Assembly: GCA_965216565.1 (NCBI GenBank)
Contig: OZ244170.1
Coordinates: forward strand, 128,001 to 192,000
DNA from: Bythopirellula sp.
Lineage (GTDB): Bacteria; Planctomycetota; Planctomycetia; Pirellulales; Lacipirellulaceae
Direction: 5' to 3'
Length of the DNA stretch: 64,000 nt
Positions 1-8,558 of the stretch are shown here, piece by piece. The position numbers and the translations under genes are program-made. Each line of letters starts with the position of its first letter. Position 1 is the stretch's first letter. Below the pieces are notes generated by a model. The model was given only the letters and a program-made list of their open reading frames with translations. It searched no databases and was not told where the DNA came from.

Positions 1-845
1 ATCTTGCTCACCGCACCGGTATTGGGGTTCACATGCTGCACATAATGTGGCTGATAGGAGAACGAGGCACTTACCTGGCTGGGAGCCCAAAGATTGTTCA
101 GTTGCACCCATGCTCCGCCATTGGCGGCAGGGTCGGGATTGATTTGGTCGGCCGTGTTGGGGGCAAACAAGTTCGACGCATTCGTGTGGGGATAGTTCTG
201 TGTGGCGCGATCCATGTGGATGTTATCCACAATGGCCCACTCCAAACCCTCGGCCACCAGTGCCGGAATCATCCGCGTAGAAAAGGCGGTCTCGGCCGGA
301 AAGATGCCTTTGGAGTAAGGAACATCGGTGCCCCATGTTTGCTCGTGGACATATTTATGCAATTTGATCTGCATCCGCATGTCGCGCTGGTCCAACAGCG
401 GCATCAGCGGATGGTGCGCCCCAAATCCCACCAGATCGAGCCGCGGATTGCCCAAGCTCGTCGACAAGGACTGGGCCTGGTTGTACGACGAATCCCAGTT
501 GTTCCACATCCCACCGTTCACGCCGGCAGCTTCCAGATTATTGAGGTTCTGCATCAACGAGCCAGAGAAAGAAACCTGCGCACCCAAGTGCGGCAGACTT
601 GAGCCCGTTTGAATCGCATCCTTCGGCCAGGACGTGTACGGTCCGAATCGTTGATTGTGCACGTCGGCGAGGCTAAACGAAAAGTGCCCCGCGGCGTCAG
701 TCTGCGTGACGGTTTCGCCGGGATAATAGATCGGTTGATGCATGTGCCACAGGAATCCGACATGCGTGGTTTCCTGAGCCACTGCGTCGACAACGCCAAC
801 GAGTGCTGCTAGGGAAAAGAGGAGGAGTAAGCGGAACGATCTCAT
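1..845 (-). CDS. Secreted GH57/GH119-like glycoside hydrolase (runs off the left edge)
   Basis: Not in the ORF track; translated by hand from ATG 845: MRSFRLLLLFSLAALVGVVDAVAQETTHVGFLWHMHQPIYY...SFSGSL...HHPLMPLL...KGIFPAETAFS. Signal peptide, WHMHQP (GH57 CSR-1) and FPAE nucleophile motif. Confidence 0.8.
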   Translation of the reverse strand, partial: MRSFRLLLLFSLAALVGVVDAVAQETTHVGFLWHMHQPIYYPGETVTQTDAAGHFSFSLADVHNQRFGPYTSWPKDAIQTGSSLPHLGAQVSFSGSLMQNLNNLEAAGVNGGMWNNWDSSYNQAQSLSTSLGNPRLDLVGFGAHHPLMPLLDQRDMRMQIKLHKYVHEQTWGTDVPYSKGIFPAETAFSTRMIPALVAEGLEWAIVDNIHMDRATQNYPHTNASNLFAPNTADQINPDPAANGGAWVQLNNLWAPSQVSASFSYQPHYVQHVNPNTGAVSK

Positions 846-1042
846 GCTGCTGGCACTTGAGGCTCGGGGAATTTGGCCGATATACACTGTTAGGCGCGCC
901 AGTGGGGGAATTGGTATTGAGAAATGGGAAATCGGCAGAAATCCCAAACATCAGAGCGTTTTTTTGTCGAGAAACTATTTGACGTCTAGTCATCTAGGAG
1001 CCTCTCCGCAATTGCTCAAAATGAGGTTGCCGCCTGTCTGGC

Positions 1043-1531
1043 CTATTCAGAGTCAACGTCACTTTGGCGTCGCATGAAGTAGTCGTTGTAGGTGGAAAAG
1101 CTTGTCACTAGTAAAGGTGGTAAGATAAGGATTAAGAATTCTGAGAGATAGATTGGTGGATGTTCAAGAGTTTTTGTTCGGCGCGGTGTGAGCTCCATAG
1201 CAGTGATAAGCCACCACAAGAGAATCGAACCGGCGGCTATCTTGATAAGCGATACAGCAATACTGCGTGAGGGCTGTTGAGAATAAGCATCCCAGGCGGA
1301 GCAAGCCATTACTAAACTACAGCCCAGAGTGGGCCAGACGCCCTTCTGCATAGAGGCAAGCAACCAGGCGCGATACTCTCCGAACAATCGGATTTCTTGC
1401 CACCTCTCGCCAGCTTGTAATATTGAAACAATGACCATCCCAGTGACACCGCCAATGACTCCCCAAGCCACCGCGTGACGCAAACCTGTTCCCACACTAA
1501 GAACGGCAGTTCTGTGATTATTGATCATCAC
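1043..1531 (-). CDS. Hypothetical membrane protein (~4 TM)
   Basis: 162-aa ORF with four hydrophobic stretches, same strand as neighbours; AT-richer than flanks. Confidence 0.55.
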   Translation of the reverse strand: MMINNHRTAVLSVGTGLRHAVAWGVIGGVTGMVIVSILQAGERWQEIRLFGEYRAWLLASMQKGVWPTLGCSLVMACSAWDAYSQQPSRSIAVSLIKIAAGSILLWWLITAMELTPRRTKTLEHPPIYLSEFLILILPPLLVTSFSTYNDYFMRRQSDVDSE

Positions 1532-1561
1532 CTGGACTGCTCCATTACGTATATTCGTTGT

Positions 1562-2470
1562 TCAACACTTGTCACGCACGGCGAACTGCTCTGCCTGCGC
1601 GGCGATGTCCACTCCGGTATGTTCTTTCCAAGCACTGAGCAAGAGCTGATAGACCTCGCCTGGCTTGCCTCCGCTGATCTGCTGCCCGTCGATCTCGACT
1701 ACTGGCAGAATACAAACCGAGGTGCTGGTGAGATACACTTCCTCGGCCTGCATGAGCTCTTGGGGTTTGATGTCGGCTTCGGCGTGGGCGATACCTAGCT
1801 CTTCGGCGAGTTCGTAGAGCACTTGTTGAGTGACTCCTGGCAGGACTTTTTCCCTGGGCGGTGTTACCAATCCTCGATCGGGAAAATACGCCACGACGTT
1901 TGCCGTGCTTGCTTCGCCGACGAATCCTTGTTGATCGAGCAGGATAGCGCGAGCCCCAGGAGATTTCGTAGCCGCTTCGCGGTCGGCTAGATAGTAGTGC
2001 AACCGACTGCGGCATTTTACCTCCGCAGGCCAGCAATTGGACGGCACCTGACGTGTGTCGACAACCACCGCTCTTACTCCCTGTTCAAACTGCTGCGCCC
2101 AGGCGGCAAAGGGCAGGGGACGTCCGTGGACACATACGGTTGGCGAACTCGCTTCGGGCGAATTTCCCGGCGTGGCGAGTGCCACGATATACCAATCGTC
2201 GCCCGCTACAAAAGCCGAAGAATTTCGTTCGACAAAATCGTCGATCGCCTCCGACACCTCAGCGACAATGGTCTCTGAATCCCAACCCACCACGTCCAGC
2301 GAACGATGAAAACGTTCCAAATGTTCTCGCTTACGAAACACTTGACCGCCAAACGTACGCATTCGTTCCACAATAGTCACGCCAAGCGTAAAACCAAGAT
2401 CACCAATTGGCACAGACAATTGCTGCTGGGGAACCCAATGGCCTTTGTAGTAGGCTAAAATGTTGCTCAT
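1562..2470 (-). CDS. Class IV PLP-dependent aminotransferase (IlvE/Dat/PabC family)
   Basis: DLGFTLGVTIVERMRT, HLERF, catalytic Lys in EVKCRSRLHY, EASTAN, VLPGVT, EVYLTST. Confidence 0.9.
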   Translation of the reverse strand: MSNILAYYKGHWVPQQQLSVPIGDLGFTLGVTIVERMRTFGGQVFRKREHLERFHRSLDVVGWDSETIVAEVSEAIDDFVERNSSAFVAGDDWYIVALATPGNSPEASSPTVCVHGRPLPFAAWAQQFEQGVRAVVVDTRQVPSNCWPAEVKCRSRLHYYLADREAATKSPGARAILLDQQGFVGEASTANVVAYFPDRGLVTPPREKVLPGVTQQVLYELAEELGIAHAEADIKPQELMQAEEVYLTSTSVCILPVVEIDGQQISGGKPGEVYQLLLSAWKEHTGVDIAAQAEQFAVRDKC

Positions 2471-2517
2471 GCCACTAGTATCTCAAGAGATAGTGGCTGC
2501 CGAAAGGGTGGATCGGC

Positions 2518-3582
2518 TTAGAGGCGGACGTCGTCAGCCGTGGCTGGCTCGTTGGCTGTGGTAACCGTGAGCGATGGATTCAGCTTTGTCCAGAGTGTTC
2601 GCATCTGCCCGGAGGCAGCTAGATAGTCTCCCAAGGCGTGGCTACGGCCCACGGTATCGGTGACGTCGATTCGGCGGATCTTGCGATTAGCTGAACCCAT
2701 TCTGTAGGGCTGGGCAATCCCTTCCTTACCGAGGGCGTGTATTCTGCCGCGTTCGACACTGAAATGATACAACCGCATCGCTGGATCGCGCTGATTGGTT
2801 ACCAGCATCAATTCTTCCATTTGCGAGATAGCGCGGCTATGAAAGTGCCCTGGCTGTAGCCAGTCAGCATCGTAGGCAGGCGCAATCAGACCAACGCGAA
2901 CGGGTTTCCGCTCTGGATGCACCCGTTCAGCAAGTTGCAAGTTTCCAAGATGACCGCCGCCTAGCAGATGCAGCGAACCACTGACTACCCTGGCGCCGAA
3001 ACTGTAGCCGAGAATCGCCACGTCCGCGTCTTCCGGGAGTTGATCTAGAAACCACGCCAACTGCCAGCCCGCGGGCTGCGTACGCGCAGCTTTTACATAG
3101 ACGTCCTTGATCGGACCCTTGATAGGTGTTGAAGGCCACGACCAAATGATAAATCGCAAAGGCTGATCGGCTGACCGGGCCCTAACTAGTGACCGGTAGA
3201 CTTTCATGCCTCGATAAATATCTTCGCCCGGTTCGACACGATTTCCGTGCACATAGATAACGGTGGGCGTTTGGCCAACCGGCTTTACCGCATATTGCCA
3301 AGGCAAGGATTCCCAAGTCGAGTGGCCTTCTTCGCTGATCTCTAAACGTTTGCAATCTAGCTTGGTCTTAATCTGGCTTGGCTGACACGATATGCCCAGT
3401 GGTCGCGTATTAAGGAGTAAGATCTCACGCGTGGGAACTGATCGCTGCGGTGGGGCGAACAGCGACTCACTAGTTTTTGCAAATAATTGAGTATTCAGCA
3501 CCAAGCAATTGGCCAAGAGGAATGCCACTATCAGTGCAGATTGAGAGGATTTCAACGCAGAATATATTGCTACACGGATCAT
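2518..3582 (-). CDS. Exported alpha/beta hydrolase (DUF900-like)
   Basis: N-terminal hydrophobic signal, IYVHGN, WSWPS, GYSFG nucleophile elbow, C-terminal His (RSH). Confidence 0.7.
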   Translation of the reverse strand: MIRVAIYSALKSSQSALIVAFLLANCLVLNTQLFAKTSESLFAPPQRSVPTREILLLNTRPLGISCQPSQIKTKLDCKRLEISEEGHSTWESLPWQYAVKPVGQTPTVIYVHGNRVEPGEDIYRGMKVYRSLVRARSADQPLRFIIWSWPSTPIKGPIKDVYVKAARTQPAGWQLAWFLDQLPEDADVAILGYSFGARVVSGSLHLLGGGHLGNLQLAERVHPERKPVRVGLIAPAYDADWLQPGHFHSRAISQMEELMLVTNQRDPAMRLYHFSVERGRIHALGKEGIAQPYRMGSANRKIRRIDVTDTVGRSHALGDYLAASGQMRTLWTKLNPSLTVTTANEPATADDVRL

Positions 3583-3837
3583 AGCGCTATACCGGAGTTT
3601 TTTACGGGCAGAGTTGTCAACCGTGACACTAGGCCAAAGAAACGGATCGAAGTTATCGCGGACGCGAGCCCACGAACCAACCGGCAGTGTGAAATCGAGT
3701 ACGTGATATCAAAAGGGGGGAGGGCGATATCCACACTGCGAGACCACCATCAACTTTCCATGTGGTCATCACAAACGTAGCACACTATTTGCAACATGCG
3801 TGAAAAAAATGTGGCAGAAAAAAATCATAGGTTTCGT

Positions 3838-3865
3838 TTGCACATCACCAACCATGTTGTAGAGT
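3838..3865 (+). promoter_or_regulatory. Possible sigma70 promoter for 4043..4549
   Basis: TTGCAC-N16-TAGAGT in the divergent intergenic region. Confidence 0.3.
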
Positions 3866-4042
3866 TGCTAGGCCGAGAAAGCTTGCCCTTGCAATAGGCA
3901 GCTTGTTCCGGCTGCGACGCTTATGTCGCTAGTTGTTGATTGCAAACATCACAATCGTTACTAGCGATACGCGACGTGTTGTCCTCCCCACCCTTCCACT
4001 TCGCCCTCCCCACATGGGCGCCCTCCGTGGAGTAAACATAAG

Positions 4043-4549
4043 ATGAGGAAAATCCTAATTCTGCTGGCCGCGGCTCTCGTAACGACCCAGGTCGTTGGAT
4101 GTGCCAATTGTCGCAGATGGCTTCATCGTGGTTCGCCCTGTGTCGGTACCCGCATTGCTGCACCAACAATGGTGTCTGCCCCTGTGGCTGTCGGAGCTCC
4201 GGTTCCGGTCCCCCAGATGGCTCCCGCACCAGTCATGGTCCAACAGCCCGCGCCACAAGTGATTATTCCTCAGCAACCTGTAGTTTGTTGCCCGCAACCG
4301 GTGCCGTGCTGCCCCCAGCCAGTACCCTGTTGCCCCCAGCCGACCCAATGCTGTCCTGATCCTTGCTGCCCGCAGTTTGGAGGCAATCCCTGTCCAGGTG
4401 GAACCTGGTTTGGTGGATTTGTCGACGGCGATGGAAACTGTTGCGACCCTATGACTAGCTTCGATGAAGGCTACCTGGTCCCTGGGACCGAAACACCACT
4501 AGACTCTGGCACTTACGGAACTGATCCCAGCCCTGCTCGAGATAATTGA
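4043..4549 (+). CDS. Cys/Pro/Gln-rich putative lipoprotein
   Basis: Lipobox-like VVG-C at residue 20; tandem CCPQPVP units; 16 Cys; GGAG upstream. Confidence 0.75.
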   Translation: MRKILILLAAALVTTQVVGCANCRRWLHRGSPCVGTRIAAPTMVSAPVAVGAPVPVPQMAPAPVMVQQPAPQVIIPQQPVVCCPQPVPCCPQPVPCCPQPTQCCPDPCCPQFGGNPCPGGTWFGGFVDGDGNCCDPMTSFDEGYLVPGTETPLDSGTYGTDPSPARDN

Positions 4550-4684
4550 AAAGGCCTGAGATACCCCGGCACGTACTGAAGCCGCGATAGGAACCAAACA
4601 GAAAAGCCCTCCCCAACCACTGGGCCTATTGTGTAGTACGCTGTTTAAAGAGACATTTGACCTAGAGCTTGAGTCTAGAGACGC

Positions 4685-4730
4685 AAACCGCTCGATCGTG
4701 CCATCCTGAACACGGTCGGGCGGTTTTTTT
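4685..4730 (+). terminator. Rho-independent terminator
   Basis: aaaccgctcgatcgtg-loop-cacggtcgggcggttt stem followed by a T run. Confidence 0.75.
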
Positions 4731-4813
4731 GTTTCTACGAATCGTAGTTAGTAGAATAGATAGTGTATTGCCAACCGGCTGAGGACATTCGTCAGGCTAG
4801 AAAGTCGATCGCC

Positions 4814-5818
4814 ATGCTGATCCCTATGAAACGATTTGGCCCATTTTTCATCGGTGCAGTGATCTGCTGTGCCTGTTTCTCTGGTGATTCGCTAGCACAA
4901 ATCAAAACTGAGACCGAAGAATCGCATCTCCGATTCGGCGAGACTCAAGTTGTACGTTACCAAGTGGGGGCGATCGTCGATGCCCGCAAAGGCCCTGTGC
5001 AAGAACTGCTGGCCATGGTGGCCGTGCCCTTCGATTGTGCCGAGCAGGAGGTTGAAATTGTCGATCAAGAGGTCACCCAGCAAATCGACCAAATCGATTA
5101 CCGCTACCTTAATAAGTATTCCGGCGGGGGTGCTCGGCAGCTTTTGATTTCAATTCCCTATCTTCCGGGCAGACAGGTAGCGAAGGCACTGATTACCTTT
5201 GAAGTGCGTACCCGCACGATTCTGCCCCCGGAGGAGACACAATCACTAACAGTTCCCAAGAAGCCAGATCGCAGTCTGAAAAAGTACTTGGGAAAAAGCC
5301 CTTACATCGAGACCAAGCACTCCAAGATCAAGAAAACACTCCGAACAATAGACCAAGAGCTAGAAGCGGAAAATGAAAATGCCACCGCCTGGCAACGCGT
5401 TGAGGCGATTTACGATTTTGTGCAAGATCACGTCAAGTATGTCGAGGGCCCGGATAAGTCTGCTATTCGGACGCTCAACGATGCCAGTGGCGATTGCCAG
5501 AATATCAGTGCTCTGTTCGTCGCTCTCTGCCGAACCGCGGGTGTCCCTGCCCGCATTGTTTGGGTCCATGAGCACAACTACCCGGAGTTTTGCTTGACCG
5601 ATGCCGAAGGCAAGCCCCGCTGGTATCCCTGCGAATCTTCGGGCATGCGAGCTTTCGGAGAAATGCCGCTGGCTCGGGTAATCATGCAAAAGGGCGACAA
5701 TTTCCGCGTCCCCGAGCGACCTCGCGAAAGCCTCCGCTACGCATCCGACTACCTGATCGGACTACCGGTCCCGGGCAGTGGCAAGCCAAAAGTGAAGTAT
5801 GTCCGCAAGCAGATGTAG
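4814..5818 (+). CDS. Exported transglutaminase-like domain protein
   Basis: GDCQN...ALCRTAGVPAR (catalytic Cys), HNYPEF (His), WYPCE; signal peptide after ATG 4814/4826 (ORF track opens at 4763). Confidence 0.85.
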   Translation: MLIPMKRFGPFFIGAVICCACFSGDSLAQIKTETEESHLRFGETQVVRYQVGAIVDARKGPVQELLAMVAVPFDCAEQEVEIVDQEVTQQIDQIDYRYLNKYSGGGARQLLISIPYLPGRQVAKALITFEVRTRTILPPEETQSLTVPKKPDRSLKKYLGKSPYIETKHSKIKKTLRTIDQELEAENENATAWQRVEAIYDFVQDHVKYVEGPDKSAIRTLNDASGDCQNISALFVALCRTAGVPARIVWVHEHNYPEFCLTDAEGKPRWYPCESSGMRAFGEMPLARVIMQKGDNFRVPERPRESLRYASDYLIGLPVPGSGKPKVKYVRKQM

Positions 5819-5826
5819 GCCGACTG

Positions 5827-6393
5827 CTATTCTGTGCCGGGGCTGAAGGCCAAGGTTTCGTCGAGAACGGCGGCAAGCTCGTGGACACTATGTCCCGACC
5901 AAACGAGTTTCCTCTCGCTATTGAAAACCGCCAGGGTGGGAAAACCCCGGATGCCGAGCATATCGAGCGTCGGTCCGGAGCCATAGCCGATTGGCCAGTG
6001 GGCCGACTCGAAATCGCTCAGAAAATCTTCGATTGCCGGCAGCATCGATTCCGGTTCGGGCGTCAATCCGATGAATTCAACGCCCACGGGTTGGTACTGT
6101 GCGTGCAGCTTAATCAGTTTGGGCATTGCGGCTCGGCAGGGTGGGCAGTTGGTCGCCCAGAAGTCGAGCACCACGACCTTGCCGGCTAGCGATTTCGGAC
6201 CCGGCGTCGAATCACCCGTGTTTAGCCAGCCCTCGGCCATCAGCGGCGGGAGCGTGGTTCCCAGCGGGATGGGCATTCCGATGCCGATGGGGTCGCTGTG
6301 GGGCATTAGCACAAACAGGGTGGCGAAAATCAGCAGCCCGAGCGCGATTTTTTCGCCCATCCCCCATCTTGTGTGACTCGAATTTGGCAACAC
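5827..6393 (-). CDS. TlpA/ResA-family thiol-disulfide oxidoreductase
   Basis: GKVVVLDFWATNCPPC, GIRGFPT cis-Pro; N-terminal TM anchor; true start may be 6360. Confidence 0.9.
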   Translation of the reverse strand: MLPNSSHTRWGMGEKIALGLLIFATLFVLMPHSDPIGIGMPIPLGTTLPPLMAEGWLNTGDSTPGPKSLAGKVVVLDFWATNCPPCRAAMPKLIKLHAQYQPVGVEFIGLTPEPESMLPAIEDFLSDFESAHWPIGYGSGPTLDMLGIRGFPTLAVFNSERKLVWSGHSVHELAAVLDETLAFSPGTE

Positions 6394-6507
6394 AACCCCT
6401 TGTGGAATTCAAAAAAATGGAAAACGCGTTTTTTCTTGATACAACAAAACCCAGAGATTTCAATCCCTGGGCTGTGTTGCGTTTATTCAATTGTGGAGTC
6501 TCGCGAC

Positions 6508-8373
6508 TCAGCTACTTCTGCGGCGGGCCTTGTCACGCGGACGAAAGCAAAGCCCCAAGGTCGACAAGGCTAGCAGCAAGGTCGAAGGCTCCGGCACCGC
6601 TGCGACAGCAGCCACGGGCGGCGGCGAGGAAGTCGACTCACCATAGGCGGCCTCCCAACGTGCGAGGTCGTCCAGGTTGTAAAGCAACGGATACCCAATC
6701 TGCCATTCCATAAAATCAAGACCATCCACGCGGCCATCAGAATTGAAATCAGCCGAGCCGACGGTTAGCGCGGTGGCGGTGACCATCACTTCATTTCCAA
6801 TAACATCTACATCCCAAAAACGGCCATTCGCCACCACTTGAGAATTTCCAAACGTCCCCGAGATGCTAGAGGCCGAAACTACAGAGAACGAATCGCCGGC
6901 TTGCGAGGGTTCACCAGAAACATAATCCAAGTCAAATGTGGCAGAACCATCCAGCACTAAATTTCCGAATATCGAAAGAGCGCCAGGATCTTCGTCAACG
7001 ATCAACTTCAACGTAGAGGTATCGGCAGAGATTGCCGCGGTTTCTCCGGAAGAAATTGCGGCTACCAGCGGAGCCTGAGTGAACACTATGTCACCGAACA
7101 CGCTTGGAAATGCTACAGCAGCACCAGTCACATCAACAATCAATCCACCAGTGTTGTCGATAGAGCCGTAAACGGTCGTATTTTCACCGAGTACCAGGAG
7201 TCCGTTGTTGTCCAGATCTGTGGCTGCACTGCTTACTTCTTGTCCACGAAATCTGAGGATGCCGTCACGCGCAACGATCGCGCCATTGTTGGTGACTAGG
7301 TCGTGAAACTCCATTTCACCACCCTGAGTTTCAATCAAGCCATCGATTGGTGATTCGAAATTTGGATCCGAATCGCCCGTGACTAATACGGGACCAGTTA
7401 CGAGCAATCTTTCCCGTTGATTCGCTACTGCGGCAGCATTCCGCAATTCACCCGAAGCAGTGATGGTCATTGCAGAGTTAATCGATCCATCACCACGTAT
7501 CACCCCTCCGTTGGAGAGCGTGGAACCACCAATGTCTCGTAACAAGCCGCCCTGTAGATTGATTATTCCAGTCTCATTGACGATTACCGCTCCAGATGTC
7601 TGCACTATAGCATCAGTGTTGACATTAAGCGTGCCGTAGGCGTTTGTAGGCGTACCTGTCGTGGACCCATTGCCAATCGTTAATGTGGCGATGTTGTTAG
7701 GATCACCTACCGTCCAGCGACTCCCTAGGTCTGTCAGAGTAACAGTTCCAATGGAACCGTCCTCACTACCGATAATTGCGTCACCCGAGACAAAAGAGGC
7801 ACTGTTCGTCGCTTCCAGAGTCCCAACGCCTTCGTCGCCAACCGTCAACGGTCCAGTCGTCAAACGGGATGCTACACCATCCAATCGCATGATTCCCTGG
7901 CCCGTTGACCCTTCTCCAATGATCGTCGGAGCAGTCGAAGGCAAGGGGCCACCAACTTGAATTGCTGCGCTCTCGAAAACGTCCAAGAATCCTTGTCCAA
8001 GATTTCCAACTGTCAGACTATTTGCGATTTCCCAGCGGACGCCAAAGTCATCGAACACTGCAGCGCCTACACTGTTTCCTTGGTTGCCTATGATTCCTGT
8101 GTCACTGGTCAGGAATTGCAATGGTCCAGATAGCGGTGGTGCAATATCCATGAACAGGCCACCAACGCCTGTATTACCAATAATAATATCCGGGTTGTCT
8201 GGTACCCCAGCATCGCTGATGTTGGGGTCGACATCACCAACAGTGATGACATCTGCTCTTGATATATTGTTATGTGCGAAAATGATAGCAAGCGCAAATG
8301 CAGCAACTCGAATAGCGAGCGTACTCGTCATGCCGTGCGGATTCGTGTTAAGTGATTTGATAAAAACCGGCAT
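6508..8373 (-). CDS. PEP-CTERM surface protein with Gly-rich beta-repeat body and dockerin-like motif
   Basis: VPEPSTLLLALSTLGLCFRPRDKARRR tail; ADFNSDGRVDGLDFMEWQ; (I/V)GxxGxG repeats; AGGAGG 6 nt upstream of ATG 8373. Confidence 0.85.
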   Translation of the reverse strand: MPVFIKSLNTNPHGMTSTLAIRVAAFALAIIFAHNNISRADVITVGDVDPNISDAGVPDNPDIIIGNTGVGGLFMDIAPPLSGPLQFLTSDTGIIGNQGNSVGAAVFDDFGVRWEIANSLTVGNLGQGFLDVFESAAIQVGGPLPSTAPTIIGEGSTGQGIMRLDGVASRLTTGPLTVGDEGVGTLEATNSASFVSGDAIIGSEDGSIGTVTLTDLGSRWTVGDPNNIATLTIGNGSTTGTPTNAYGTLNVNTDAIVQTSGAVIVNETGIINLQGGLLRDIGGSTLSNGGVIRGDGSINSAMTITASGELRNAAAVANQRERLLVTGPVLVTGDSDPNFESPIDGLIETQGGEMEFHDLVTNNGAIVARDGILRFRGQEVSSAATDLDNNGLLVLGENTTVYGSIDNTGGLIVDVTGAAVAFPSVFGDIVFTQAPLVAAISSGETAAISADTSTLKLIVDEDPGALSIFGNLVLDGSATFDLDYVSGEPSQAGDSFSVVSASSISGTFGNSQVVANGRFWDVDVIGNEVMVTATALTVGSADFNSDGRVDGLDFMEWQIGYPLLYNLDDLARWEAAYGESTSSPPPVAAVAAVPEPSTLLLALSTLGLCFRPRDKARRRSS

Positions 8374-8509
8374 GTTGTGCCTCCTAGGAAGTCTCTGTCC
8401 GTGGTCTGGGATGATGAGAATCAACAACTCTATTAGCTGCCAGACTAATGCTATTGTCCTCGAAAAATACGGTTATTTCAACGATTTTTTCCGGTCACTG
8501 GTTTCTCAG

Positions 8510-8545
8510 CCCCTCACCTAGCCTCTCCCCTCAGGGGAGAGGGAC
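8510..8545. repeat. REP-like palindrome (CCCTCACC...CTCTCCC-GGGAGAGGG type)
   Basis: cccctcacctag-cctctcccc-tca-ggggagagg, perfect 9-bp stem, intergenic. Confidence 0.7.
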
Positions 8546-8558
8546 TGGGGGAAAAGAA

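Noticed and set aside
33..602. 189-aa plus-strand ORF
   Set aside because: Antisense shadow of the GH57-like gene.
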